From Candidatus Helarchaeota archaeon (lineage in GTDB: Archaea > Asgardarchaeota > Lokiarchaeia > Helarchaeales > RDOG01), in the NCBI GenBank assembly GCA_019058315.1, contig JAHPZH010000001.1:1169432-1233431 (forward strand): a stretch of 64,000 bases of DNA, written 5' to 3'. The notes beneath the pieces are model-generated. The model was not told where the DNA came from. It saw only the letters and a program-made list of their open reading frames with translations, and searched no databases. This document shows, one piece after another, positions 37,079 to 47,844 of the stretch (positions within the stretch are counted from its first letter, which is position 1; each line of letters begins with the position of its first letter). The position numbers and the translations under genes are program-made.

Positions 37079-38715
37079 CTATTTAAAAAGATAAGATTAA
37101 AATAATTAATTAACACTTCTTTTCTTTCAAACTCATTAGTTATCTCTTTAAGTTGTTTAAAAAACAAATCATTATAATAGTCTGATTGTTCTTTTTGTTC
37201 TTTTAATTTATTTTGATTCAACAATTCTAATAATAATAAACATTTCTCTACTTCAGAATGAGCCTTTTCAACTATTTGAAGGGGATTTTCAATTATCTTT
37301 GTATAATTAAATCTAAAAGCTTGTTTTATTAAGAATTTTAAATACAAAAAATATTGTTCTGTAAAAATTTTATTATTTGAAACATAGGGTTTACTTATTA
37401 GTGCCATGATTTTTTCAATGTCTTTGAGTTTTTCATGTAAATTCATATTTTCAATTTGTATTGTTAAATTTGATAATATTTTTGTTTTTTGACAATTATC
37501 GTCAAGTTCATTTAATTTCGATATATAAAATGAGATCAAATCTTCGTCTATCATTTCATTTATGTCAGATAATAAGTCAATTAGTTGTTGATTGATTTTC
37601 AAAAATAAATCTTGATTTGATATTAAATTCATTTGTAAAATAATTTCTTTAAATAATTCCTTACCAGCTTTGAACCTCTTCAAATTATAAAAGGACTTAA
37701 GAAGCTCAAGTTTAATTATTAATGAACTAAAGTTGTCTTGATATTTTGTGATCATTTCATAAATTTTTTCATGATATTGAATTTTTTTCGATTTGTTATC
37801 TAAATTTTGAATGATTTTAATGAATGTTTTAAATAAAGATGCTCTAGAAAAATCTCCAGGAGTTTTCTGGATAAGTAAAATTAAGAAATCCAATAATTCT
37901 TCAATTTCATCAAATCTGCTTTTTGTATATAAAAAATCAGAATAATTCACAAAAGTTTCAGCCCTAAACACATCATCTTCTACTATTTTTGATAACTCAT
38001 TAACTCTAAGTGCAATTTCCTTGTTATTTGTTTTGATTGCTAAAAGATAATAATTATTTATTATCTCTTTGAGAGTTTCGTCACGTAAAATCTGAAACTT
38101 AATTAATTGTGCCCTCTGAATTGCAAACTTAATCAAATTTTCATCAAGAAGATGTACAGCAATTTCAGATGAATAGATTACAAATTTTTTGTTTATAGAA
38201 TCTATTGAAGTATATTCAGTTAGAATCTCGGGCGACAAATAAATATTTTTTGGTTTAAAAAGCCAATTAAGCATAATTATTGTATTTATTTTAAAAATAT
38301 TTTCTATCTCTGCTTCAATTTTCTTGATCTCTTCTAATAAATAGTTCTTATTAGCATAAAATGATAAAAATTTTAATTTTTCTAACCAAGATTGTATTTT
38401 GTAATAAGGAACCTCAATTTTTGGAATCAGTTTATTCATAATACTTTCAATACTTTTAAAATCATCACATTTTAAGGATTTAAAAAGTGTATTTATAGAT
38501 TCATTTATTATTTTGGACCGTGCAAGAATATTTGGTTCCAAATCTATTGTTGAAATAAATTTTTTAATGTATTTTTCAGCATATTTAAAATTTTTCCTAG
38601 AAATGAAATATTTAAGAATATAAATTAGTATTTCTGATTTGTTTGAAGTATATTTTAAATTTCCTAATTCTTTTTCCACTTTTTCAATAGAATTGGTCAA
38701 ATATATTAATTCCAA
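37075..38715 (-). CDS. hypothetical alpha-helical repeat protein
   Basis: 546-aa ORF with helical periodicity; no recognised motif. Confidence 0.6.
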   Translation of the reverse strand: MELIYLTNSIEKVEKELGNLKYTSNKSEILIYILKYFISRKNFKYAEKYIKKFISTIDLEPNILARSKIINESINTLFKSLKCDDFKSIESIMNKLIPKIEVPYYKIQSWLEKLKFLSFYANKNYLLEEIKKIEAEIENIFKINTIIMLNWLFKPKNIYLSPEILTEYTSIDSINKKFVIYSSEIAVHLLDENLIKFAIQRAQLIKFQILRDETLKEIINNYYLLAIKTNNKEIALRVNELSKIVEDDVFRAETFVNYSDFLYTKSRFDEIEELLDFLILLIQKTPGDFSRASLFKTFIKIIQNLDNKSKKIQYHEKIYEMITKYQDNFSSLIIKLELLKSFYNLKRFKAGKELFKEIILQMNLISNQDLFLKINQQLIDLLSDINEMIDEDLISFYISKLNELDDNCQKTKILSNLTIQIENMNLHEKLKDIEKIMALISKPYVSNNKIFTEQYFLYLKFLIKQAFRFNYTKIIENPLQIVEKAHSEVEKCLLLLELLNQNKLKEQKEQSDYYNDLFFKQLKEITNEFERKEVLINYFNLIFLNS

Positions 38716-38821
38716 TAATTGTTTTTAACGAAAAATTAAATAGATTTTCTCTTTATTTTTATATTTTCTTATTTATAAAAATTTAAAAATCATTTAAATT
38801 TAAAAGATTTAGTGAAAAAAA

Positions 38822-39781
38822 TTGCCCAATCTTGATGTAATGCTTATCGGTATGGGACTTTCGTTATTTTCAGCATGCATTTTTAATCTGGCTGGAGTTC
38901 TACAAAAAAGGGAAGTGGATAAACTTCCGGAATTACGATTTGATCAGGGTGTTAAGCATATAATTGAAACATTTATGGAATTTGCTAAAAATAAATTATG
39001 GGTTTTAGCTGTCATATTAGGGATTGCTGGAGCTCCATTTTATATGATTTCATTTGATATAATCGGTATAACTCTTGCACAGCCCTTGCAGGGTTTTGGT
39101 GTATTAGTGCTGGCTATCTTCTCAGTAAGGGTTTTGAAAGAACCATTAAATTCTTACGAAAAAATAGGAATTATCTTTCTATTGATCGCCCCTTTGTTAT
39201 TGGGTCTTGGAAGTATTCAAGGAAAAGTTGCAATTATAGAAAATTACGAATATTTCGCTCCTGTAATCTTGGGTTTATTGGGAATTCAGGAAAAAATTAC
39301 TAATATTAATGATTTTGGATTATTACTAATACTCTCCATTTTTACTATTATAGTCTTCATAGTTTCGGTAACCCTTTATTTGATTCATTTCAAAACTACT
39401 AAAGATCATGAAAAAATCTTTGCCATATTGGCAGGAATTGATTTTGCTATCGGTGCAATATATCTACAAATTCTTGTTCCAATCTTGGGAATTTTGTTAA
39501 GAGGGAATTCTCAAGCATTTTCAAATTACAGTTTATTATTTCTAATATCGGGCTTTATTTCAATTGCAGGAAACATCTTAGGTATTATGTTTATACAGGG
39601 TGCATTCCAAAAAGGCAAGGCAATTACTGTAGTTCCCTTCCAATCTACCTTTGGGACTCTACTACCAATCCTTGCTGGACTAATTATTTTTAGACAATCA
39701 ATTTTACAGCCGATCTTATTTATATTAGGTGTAATATTCATGTTAATTGGTGTAATCTCCTTATCAAGAATGCAAGAATGA
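38822..39781 (+). CDS. DMT superfamily (NIPA/Mg-transporter-like) membrane protein
   Basis: AGVLQKR, LAQPL, VLKEPL, QGAFQKG...VP patterns; about 9 TM segments. Confidence 0.7.
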   Translation: MPNLDVMLIGMGLSLFSACIFNLAGVLQKREVDKLPELRFDQGVKHIIETFMEFAKNKLWVLAVILGIAGAPFYMISFDIIGITLAQPLQGFGVLVLAIFSVRVLKEPLNSYEKIGIIFLLIAPLLLGLGSIQGKVAIIENYEYFAPVILGLLGIQEKITNINDFGLLLILSIFTIIVFIVSVTLYLIHFKTTKDHEKIFAILAGIDFAIGAIYLQILVPILGILLRGNSQAFSNYSLLFLISGFISIAGNILGIMFIQGAFQKGKAITVVPFQSTFGTLLPILAGLIIFRQSILQPILFILGVIFMLIGVISLSRMQE

Positions 39782-39864
39782 ATAATTAATACTATTGAAG
39801 ACTCATGAAAAAGTAGATTTTGAATATTATGAGGGTTCAAGATCACCTATAATATCGATTTATC

Positions 39865-41289
39865 CTATTTGGTTGATCTACTTAATTCTCTTACAAATGC
39901 CCCCATATTGGGTAATGCATTCGCTAAAAAACCTGGAACCATTCGCCAAAACCAAAGAAATTGAGGTTTTAAGAATTGCGGCAACTTTCGCAAGAGGAAA
40001 CCGTTAAAAAAACCTCTTAAATAAAAAGATTGATAAGCTTCTATAACTAAATCCCTGATTTCATCTATTGAAAGGTCTGGAGTTGCCATGATAGGATCAC
40101 ATAGATTCCATTGGTCAAAATCTGGTTCTTTAATCCACCCTTTTTCAATTGCTTCTTCATATAATTTTGTTTGTGGATAAGGAGTTAAGGGTGTGAATTG
40201 CATTATATCAATATCTAGGTCTTTTGCAAACTTGATTGTGTTGAGAACATCTTCTTTATTTTCACCTATATTACCAATAATTATTGAACCAAAAATAGTA
40301 ATTCCCCGGTCATGTAACATTTTCACCGCTTTTTTAATTTGTTCGATAGTAATCTTTTTCCCAATTTGATCAAGTGATTTCTGATAAACGCTCTCAATGC
40401 CAATAAGAAGCATTTTAAATCCAGCGTTTTGCATTTTATCAACAACATCGGGATTTTTTACAACATCATCTACTCTACCTTGAGCACTATACCATTTTCT
40501 TTGTAATCCATGTTCGATTATAAGATCACAAATTCTTCCGACCCTTTTCATATTTAATGTAAAGCTGCTGTCATAAAAAATATGCCAATATCTTCTTTTA
40601 TTCATTTGTAGCAATTCTTGAATTACTCTTTCAGGTGATTTTCGTCTCCACTGACGATGGTGGAACTTTGTAACACAGCAGAAATAGCAATTATGAGTGC
40701 AACCCCTGGCAGATTCCAACACGTCAACAGATGCGCCCATATAAGTATAATAATTATTTTTTACCAAAGTTCGATTTGGAAATGGAAGTACATCGAGATC
40801 TTCAATTAGAGGACGATCTTCGTTATGATATACACTTCCATTTTGGGAATAACTTATACCTAAAATATCTTTAACACTACTCCCCTGTTCAATTGCTTTT
40901 ATCAGTGCTGGAAAAGTAATCTCGCCTTCACCGCGAACAATATAATCTATCTCTGGCTTTTCAATTGTTTCTGGAACTAAAGTCGGTTGATAACCACCAA
41001 CAATAGTCGTAACATCATGTTCTTTTGCAATTTTGCAGATTTCTCCGGTTGTTGAGGTTGAAGGTGTCAGATTTGTAACTCCTATGACATCTGCACTGGC
41101 AATTTTTTTTGAAATCCTCCAAGCTGATTGTTTGCGATATTTAAGATCTAAAATTTCAACATCATGTTCTGGTACTGTAGCCGCAATTGACATTAATCCC
41201 AAGGGTGGCGCTTTTATAAAACGCTCAAGACCAATAACACCTTTTTTACTCTTTTCTGGATTCGTCGGATTAATTAACAAAATTTTCAA
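39865..41289 (-). CDS. B12-binding radical SAM protein
   Basis: PPLGL, VRGEGE, RGCTHNCYFC (CxxxCxxC), GIES, TPYPQT. Confidence 0.9.
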   Translation of the reverse strand: MKILLINPTNPEKSKKGVIGLERFIKAPPLGLMSIAATVPEHDVEILDLKYRKQSAWRISKKIASADVIGVTNLTPSTSTTGEICKIAKEHDVTTIVGGYQPTLVPETIEKPEIDYIVRGEGEITFPALIKAIEQGSSVKDILGISYSQNGSVYHNEDRPLIEDLDVLPFPNRTLVKNNYYTYMGASVDVLESARGCTHNCYFCCVTKFHHRQWRRKSPERVIQELLQMNKRRYWHIFYDSSFTLNMKRVGRICDLIIEHGLQRKWYSAQGRVDDVVKNPDVVDKMQNAGFKMLLIGIESVYQKSLDQIGKKITIEQIKKAVKMLHDRGITIFGSIIIGNIGENKEDVLNTIKFAKDLDIDIMQFTPLTPYPQTKLYEEAIEKGWIKEPDFDQWNLCDPIMATPDLSIDEIRDLVIEAYQSFYLRGFFNGFLLRKLPQFLKPQFLWFWRMVPGFLANALPNMGAFVRELSRSTK

Positions 41290-41445
41290 TTAAAAATCCC
41301 TCAATTAAGTAATAAATAATGAAATCTTTTATAAAACGATATTTTTTCATATTTAAAGATATTTATTCAATTTTCTAGTTATAAAATACTTTATAAATAT
41401 AAATCTTCAAAATTATGATAAAAGATTTGATTGAAATTGAGTTAA

Positions 41446-42684
41446 TTAATCATTTTTCCCTAGAATTCCAATTCTCGTTTGTGCTGTAACACATTTAAGC
41501 CCTGTTTGCTCTAATAATCTTTTTATACCCTTCATTTCTTCATATGTAGGTGTTTTAAAACTAGGAATTAAGCGACTTCTGAATTCTGGTCGATAATCTA
41601 ATATACAAACTTGTATATTAGGATCAATCCCAGCCAATTTTTCTCCCCAATGAAGAAGTTCATTCTTCATCTTTTCATTATCTTCATAGAAAAAATTATT
41701 ATAAGGGAGTCCTACGCCCATAAATACTTTTTCAGGATAATAATTATTCGCAATATATTTTACTGCATTCCAAGCGGTTGAGAGATATTTTTTAGCAAGA
41801 CTCTTATCTTTCACGCAAGTAATTTTTATAAAAGTATCTAATTCAAAGGATTTTAAATCTGGACCGATATCTGTTACGCCGACTTCTATTAGTTCATCGA
41901 TATAATCTTCAGTCAAAATGCTCGCATTAGTATCAAGATGAAGTCTTGCATCCTTATCAGGATTTAGTTGCTTTAAGTGTTTAAAAAATTGAATTAACCA
42001 TGGACGATTGAGAGTTGCTTCGCCTCCTGAAATCGCCATTCGATCTACTCCATATCTCCATCTTATAATGCTTAATTGGCTAGCTGCATCTTCAGGAGTC
42101 ATAGGTAGAATTGTAGAATTATAGGTGATATCGTAGTTTTGGCATGTTCTACAACGAAAATTACAACCTGCTGAAAAACAAGCAACTTCTATATAACCCA
42201 TGCGCTTTTTCAAATTGTAGGGAGTTCCAACTCCCCCTACAGAGTGAGGAGTAAATCCTCTTACAATTTTTTTTGGTGTATAATCTTCTGGTAATTTTAA
42301 TCTAATTATCATATCTGCTTTTACTTGAGTATGACACGAAGGAACAATTTTCTCATTCACAACCACACTGCAGCTATAACAACCACCTGTTTCACATGGT
42401 GCAAAAATTTCCCCCTCATCTGGAAATTGAGAAATTTGAACCCCGACATATTCGAGAGCGTTTTTTATGGTTATTTTTTCAGGAACATAATGATTTTCAT
42501 CATTTATATATATTTTTATTAAATTTTGGGTTTTATATTCTTGTTCGTAGATTGCTTCAAATGGACAACCTAAAAAACAGCTTTTACACCCAATACAATA
42601 TGAAGGATTGGGACATTCAATTATTTTTGTGCAAAAATTACATTTTTTACATTTCTCTTGGTCTTTGAAATATTGATGAAACAT
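41446..42684 (-). CDS. radical SAM protein (PFL-activase-like) with N-terminal ferredoxin and 2Fe-2S domains
   Basis: CIGCKSCFLGCP, CETGGCYSC, GCNFRCRTCQN, SGGEA. Confidence 0.85.
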   Translation of the reverse strand: MFHQYFKDQEKCKKCNFCTKIIECPNPSYCIGCKSCFLGCPFEAIYEQEYKTQNLIKIYINDENHYVPEKITIKNALEYVGVQISQFPDEGEIFAPCETGGCYSCSVVVNEKIVPSCHTQVKADMIIRLKLPEDYTPKKIVRGFTPHSVGGVGTPYNLKKRMGYIEVACFSAGCNFRCRTCQNYDITYNSTILPMTPEDAASQLSIIRWRYGVDRMAISGGEATLNRPWLIQFFKHLKQLNPDKDARLHLDTNASILTEDYIDELIEVGVTDIGPDLKSFELDTFIKITCVKDKSLAKKYLSTAWNAVKYIANNYYPEKVFMGVGLPYNNFFYEDNEKMKNELLHWGEKLAGIDPNIQVCILDYRPEFRSRLIPSFKTPTYEEMKGIKRLLEQTGLKCVTAQTRIGILGKND

Positions 42685-42766
42685 TTCTTATCGTGTATCC
42701 TAAAATTAAATAAATTATTAATTTTTATTTTTTAAGATAATTAATGTTTGAATAAGAGGTAATTTC

Positions 42767-43324
42767 ATGGAAAGTAAAAAGAGTATTTTAGAAATTATCA
42801 AAGGACGGCGGAGCACACGAAGATTTAAACCCGATGCAGTATCAGATGAAGATATTATGGCAGTTTTAGAAGCTGCAAATTGGGCACCTTCAGGGGAAAA
42901 CTTCCAACCATGGAGATTTCTTGTTATTAAAAACAAGGAAATGATGGAAAAAATTGTCGAATTACTTCCGTACAAAAAATATCAGAAATTTTTAATGAAT
43001 GCTCCAGTGCTTATTGTGGTTTTGGTAAATTCAAGAAAATCCTTATGGCATATTCTTGATGGAACTCTTGCAACCCAAAATTTAATGCTTGAGGCATGGG
43101 CAAGAGGACTTGGAACATGTTTCTCGGCTTGGTACCCTACAGTTCCAGAAAAAGCTTTGAAAGAGGTAAAAAAACTATTAGAAATCCCTGAAAAATGGAT
43201 AATTATCACAATGACGCCTTTAGGATACCCTATAGATCCTCCAGAAAGGGCATTCAGGCTTCCACCTTCGAGGAAACCCTTAGAAAAAGTTATTTTTTAT
43301 GAGACATTTCATGGGTCGAAATAA
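42767..43324 (+). CDS. nitroreductase family protein
   Basis: RRSTRRF, APSGENFQPWRF, QNLMLEA..GLGTC. Confidence 0.9.
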   Translation: MESKKSILEIIKGRRSTRRFKPDAVSDEDIMAVLEAANWAPSGENFQPWRFLVIKNKEMMEKIVELLPYKKYQKFLMNAPVLIVVLVNSRKSLWHILDGTLATQNLMLEAWARGLGTCFSAWYPTVPEKALKEVKKLLEIPEKWIIITMTPLGYPIDPPERAFRLPPSRKPLEKVIFYETFHGSK

Positions 43325-43430
43325 TCTATAAAATTATTTCATGTTTTCCAATTACTTTTTATTTTGATTCCAAATTAATGAAGCACTTATATAACAGATT
43401 TTAAATAATTTTTCATAAAGGTGGTTAAAA

Positions 43431-44570
43431 ATTTCTGAGGAAGTTCTTTTTAAAAGTCGAATTCAATATTTAAGAAACATTTCTTGTGTTTTTTTTAGTA
43501 TTGGGATATTTGTACCATTTCTTGCATATATTCTTGCAGCTGCACTAGTTTTTTCGAGAATGGATGCATTAGAAATTATGATTGTTCACCTAATAACCTT
43601 AATCCCCCTCTGTATTTTTATTATAATTGCTATCTTTGCTGCTAAAACTTTCCTAATAATCTATCCAAATGGTTTTAAAGTAAAAAGAAATCCTTGGTTA
43701 CCTTTTTACAAATTTATAACTTGGATGGAAATAAAAGAATTAAAAATATATGAAAAGACTAAAATGATGAGAGAAATGGATGGTAGTTTATTAACTTATG
43801 AAATAATATTTGTTTTTCTTAAAAATCATTCAAAACCTTTAAAAATCCCTGAAATATGGATAGGTGAAATTCAAGAGGCATATCAAATTATGAATGAGTT
43901 CATTGGACCCTTTCAAAGACCTGATTTTTGTAAGAATCATCCTGAAAAAGAATCGACAAGACAGTGTTGTATTTGCAGTGATTATTTTTGCGATTCATGT
44001 ATAGATCAACGTGATTTTTCAATGGAAAAAGATACAATTATTACAAATTGTGTTTTGTGTAGTTATATAAATGGTTTTAAGAAAATGGCTATCTTATATT
44101 CAGTAACATTAATTTTTCCTTTCATAAGTCTAATATTTTTACTATTCAATATCTCATTAGTTGGAGAAATTGCTACATTACAAAGGAACTTTTATTATTT
44201 TTTTAGTTCTTATAATAATGCGTTTCGTAATGACTTTTTCCCAAAACAAATATACGCTCTCTTTGAATATAATACATTTTTTATTGCTCTAACTATCCCT
44301 ATAGTTCTGATAAATCCTTATTCCTATAGTATATATTTTACTAATTTAATAAGAGTTAGTAGATTGAATAAAGATAAAGTGCAATATAATACAATATTGC
44401 CTATCATATTTACATATTTTACATTTATTACTATTTTATATTATACAATCTTATTTTCCATGGTTCGTCCCTATTTTATATTATATATAATTGGTACAAT
44501 AATATTGACTTTAGGTTTTCTAGGGGGATTTCGACTATTAGGGAAATTAAAATATGGGACATATGATTGA
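43431..44570 (+). CDS. membrane protein with B-box-like zinc finger; first ATG 43560, frame open from ATT 43431
   Basis: CKNHP...CCIC...FCDSC...CVLC flanked by TM segments. Confidence 0.6.
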   Translation: MSEEVLFKSRIQYLRNISCVFFSIGIFVPFLAYILAAALVFSRMDALEIMIVHLITLIPLCIFIIIAIFAAKTFLIIYPNGFKVKRNPWLPFYKFITWMEIKELKIYEKTKMMREMDGSLLTYEIIFVFLKNHSKPLKIPEIWIGEIQEAYQIMNEFIGPFQRPDFCKNHPEKESTRQCCICSDYFCDSCIDQRDFSMEKDTIITNCVLCSYINGFKKMAILYSVTLIFPFISLIFLLFNISLVGEIATLQRNFYYFFSSYNNAFRNDFFPKQIYALFEYNTFFIALTIPIVLINPYSYSIYFTNLIRVSRLNKDKVQYNTILPIIFTYFTFITILYYTILFSMVRPYFILYIIGTIILTLGFLGGFRLLGKLKYGTYD

Positions 44571-44621
44571 TTTTTCTTCCACTAAAATTTTCTATGTAAA
44601 TATAATGAATTTTTTAAGTAA

Positions 44622-45368
44622 TTATTTAATAAAATAGCCACCAAAGTCTTTCTTAACTAAATCCACCGCATCTTCAAAAATTAAAGTGTCTCCCGTCCAA
44701 GGATAAAGTTCAATCTTATATTTTTCATTAAACTCTGATAAAAATTCATGTAAAAGCCTTTTTGCTAATAAAGTTTCCTTGTTAAGAAGTAGAACACCAA
44801 CTATATCTCCAATGTATTCAAAAATTAATTGTTTCTCTTGAATATCGATCGAGTCTAATGATGTATTTGTTTGGGTTATTTCCATTAATAGACTATTAAT
44901 AGCATTAAGAGCACTTGTAATTAGAGATGAGTCCCCTATTTCCAAAGGTTCGAGATTATATGAGAATAAACAAACCCCACTTTTATACATAACGAATAGA
45001 TTATATATAATTAATCGTTCAGAATCTTCCAAGTGTTCATCGATTACGGTTTCTATTTTCCTCTTTTGTTTCGTAGGAAGTGCATTAATAATCATCCCGA
45101 TCATATTTCTTTTACTTTTTTTACTAACATTTAACTCTAAAACTTCACAAATTTGTCGGAGACCATCCTCAGTAAATAAAATATTTAAAATTTCATCCAA
45201 TCCATAGACCGATTCATATAAGATTTTCAGAGCTAGTGAGGTCTTGGTTTCAGTTTCTTTTCTAGAAATGTTTCCTAATACAGCTAAACTAACTAATTTT
45301 TCATCAGAAACAAAATTAGAAGATAATAAATCATCAAAGAATTCGAATTTTGTTATTTTACTCACCAT
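44622..45368 (-). CDS. protein with C-terminal longin-like domain
   Basis: YKSGVCLFSY...LITSALNAI...F.EKY...WTGD Asgard longin-type pattern. Confidence 0.6.
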   Translation of the reverse strand: MVSKITKFEFFDDLLSSNFVSDEKLVSLAVLGNISRKETETKTSLALKILYESVYGLDEILNILFTEDGLRQICEVLELNVSKKSKRNMIGMIINALPTKQKRKIETVIDEHLEDSERLIIYNLFVMYKSGVCLFSYNLEPLEIGDSSLITSALNAINSLLMEITQTNTSLDSIDIQEKQLIFEYIGDIVGVLLLNKETLLAKRLLHEFLSEFNEKYKIELYPWTGDTLIFEDAVDLVKKDFGGYFIK

Positions 45369-45415
45369 ATTTAAAATATATTTATATTTTTTTAATTTTA
45401 ATTTAGTGTAAGATA

Positions 45416-45763
45416 TTATTCCGAAAACAATTTTTTAGTTTTAATATTAGATAATTCATTATCAAGCCATTTTAAATAAGACTTACTCCCATCAATAAAC
45501 GGAAGGGCAATAATTTCTGGAGTTTCGTATGAATGAACTTCTTTAATTGACTTTTCAACCTTTTCAAATAAATTTTTTTTACTCTTAATTAGACAAAGCC
45601 ATTCTTCCGATGTTTCAATGTTTTCTTTCCACCAATAAGTACTTAAAATTGGTCCAATTATCTGAACACATGCGGCTAGCCTCTTGTTAACTAATATTTT
45701 AGCTATTTTATTAGCTTCTTCCTTTTTTTCAGTTGTACAAAAGACTTGAATATAGTTTTCCAT
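45416..45763 (-). CDS. cutA: CutA divalent cation tolerance protein
   Basis: LVNKRLAAC, STYWWK, HSYETPEII. Confidence 0.92.
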   Translation of the reverse strand: MENYIQVFCTTEKKEEANKIAKILVNKRLAACVQIIGPILSTYWWKENIETSEEWLCLIKSKKNLFEKVEKSIKEVHSYETPEIIALPFIDGSKSYLKWLDNELSNIKTKKLFSE

Positions 45764-45854
45764 AATTAAATACCTCTTTTTTTAATCACTTTCAATCTAT
45801 AATTTAATAATTTACAAATTAAATCTTAATTCGTATTTTTTAAAAGGTAAGAAA

Positions 45855-46718
45855 ATGACGCGAAAGAAATTATTTGACCCCAAAGTCCGGAAAGGACCAA
45901 TGCGAGTAGCCGGATTTATGTCTGGATCAGGAACAAATATCATTAAAATAATTGAGAATCAAATAAATTATAGAAAAGAAGGTGCTAAAGTAACTAAACA
46001 CCCAATTTCTGGAGAAACTATTCTTAAAAAGATACTCATAACTTCTCCTTATAAAGTGGTTCTGTTATTCAGTGATAGGACAGATTTTAAAAAATGTAGG
46101 ATTTCTGAAATTTCTAAAAAATACAATATCCCATTTGAGGCCAATGATATTAGAGAATTTTACAGAAAAAGAGGATATAAAGACAGAAGAAATATGGAAG
46201 TTAGAAAGGAATATGATCAAACAACTTTGGGATATTTAGAAAAATATGAAATAGATTGTGTGGCATTATGTGGTTATATGAGTATTGTCACTAATGTAAT
46301 ATATGACAATTTCCCTACAATCAATGTCCACCCTGCAGATTTATCAATTCTGAACGATAAGGGAAGGAGAAAATATATAGGAGAACATACAGTCCGAGAT
46401 GCAATCTATGCTGGAGAAAAACATGTCCGCTCTAGTACTCATTTAGCAACTGCTGAAGTGGACGGAGGACCTTTATTAGTCCTTTCTGCACCTTTAACTG
46501 TTAATTTACCCCCAAACGTAACACTTGAATCTTTAAAAAAAGAAGAGAATATAGAACTTTTAAATAAAATCGCAGATTCACATCAAGATAAGTTAAAAGA
46601 ACTTGGAGATTGGGTTATTTTTCCAAAAACACTCGAGCTTATGGCAAAAGGCTTAATCGAGAAAGATGAAAAAGGTAAAATCTATATTAATAACTCTCCT
46701 GCCCCATTAAGATTGTAG
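45855..46718 (+). CDS. formyltransferase (PurN-like)
   Basis: SGSGTN, LCGYM, INVHP, STH...VDGGP. Confidence 0.8.
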   Translation: MTRKKLFDPKVRKGPMRVAGFMSGSGTNIIKIIENQINYRKEGAKVTKHPISGETILKKILITSPYKVVLLFSDRTDFKKCRISEISKKYNIPFEANDIREFYRKRGYKDRRNMEVRKEYDQTTLGYLEKYEIDCVALCGYMSIVTNVIYDNFPTINVHPADLSILNDKGRRKYIGEHTVRDAIYAGEKHVRSSTHLATAEVDGGPLLVLSAPLTVNLPPNVTLESLKKEENIELLNKIADSHQDKLKELGDWVIFPKTLELMAKGLIEKDEKGKIYINNSPAPLRL

Positions 46719-46726
46719 AGATTGAT

Positions 46727-47305
46727 ATGAAAAAAATAGTTATTATAAGCGGAACTCCGGGAACGGGAAAAACTACTATTGCTAAAATATTGAGTAAAGC
46801 ACTTAATGGAAAACTGATTGATATAAACCAAAAAGTAGTTGAGAATCAATTTTATACATTAGATTCAGAGAGAGAAACCAAAATTGCGGATATCCAAAAG
46901 CTTGAAAAACATTTAGTAAAGTTAATACAAGAAATAAATTCTGAATATATTATAGTAGAAGGGCATTATGCCGATATTCTTCCTGATGAATTAGTTTATA
47001 GAGCTATTATCCTCCGAACACATCCAGAAATTTTAAGAGACCGTTTAGAACAAAAAAAATATTCTAGAACAAAAATATCAGAAAATCTTCAAGCAGAAAT
47101 TTTAGGTGTTTGTTCCTCTCATGCCTACGAAAGCTATGAGGCTCATAAAGTCTATGAAATTAATACATCAAAAATGTCTATAGATAAGACTATAAATATC
47201 CTTATTTCCATAATTAAAAATGATAAATCTAATTATCATCTTGAAAAAATTGATTGGTTAGGAGATTTAGAAAAAAATAATCTATTAAATAAATATTTTG
47301 ATTGA
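46727..47305 (+). CDS. archaeal adenylate kinase AK6/Fap7 family
   Basis: SGTPGTGKTT, VEGH, RL..KKY...KI.EN..AE. Confidence 0.85.
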   Translation: MKKIVIISGTPGTGKTTIAKILSKALNGKLIDINQKVVENQFYTLDSERETKIADIQKLEKHLVKLIQEINSEYIIVEGHYADILPDELVYRAIILRTHPEILRDRLEQKKYSRTKISENLQAEILGVCSSHAYESYEAHKVYEINTSKMSIDKTINILISIIKNDKSNYHLEKIDWLGDLEKNNLLNKYFD

Positions 47306-47308
47306 AAA

Positions 47309-47689
47309 TTATAATTCAGCTTTAACTTTTTTACTGCTTTTTGGACTTTTTTCTTCTTCTTCCTCTTCATCTTCGAAAATATCAAATGAAACACCTTCGA
47401 AGAACATAAGAATTGCGCCAAAAATACCTAAAGCCATTCCAACATAAACATTAATTGAACTACTTTCAATTTGTTGAAATGCTTGGAACGTAGTAAATAG
47501 TAATATTGTAAGAAGATCAGATCTATAAGGCTCTGGATTTATTGGATATCTACTCTCAAATTGAAATAGCATTAATAAAAATGTTGTGGCATTTGACATT
47601 AAATTTGGATATATTACTGAATATAATACAAAAATCCATCCCATTCCTATTAGAACAAGCACAAATCCAATCAATCTTTGATTCTGCAA
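47309..47689 (-). CDS. small membrane protein
   Basis: Hydrophobic segments with an acidic/basic tail. Confidence 0.55.
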   Translation of the reverse strand: MQNQRLIGFVLVLIGMGWIFVLYSVIYPNLMSNATTFLLMLFQFESRYPINPEPYRSDLLTILLFTTFQAFQQIESSSINVYVGMALGIFGAILMFFEGVSFDIFEDEEEEEEKSPKSSKKVKAEL

Positions 47690-47844
47690 TCCAGATACAT
47701 CCTTTTAATAAATTTAAAATTAATCCACTAGTACTAAAATAAAAATAGTTTTAAATTAAATTGGTATGATCAATTGGAGCATTTCCTTTAAAAAATTATT
47801 TCTATGTGAACAAAAAGAAAAAAAAAAGAATTTGAAAGATCTTT

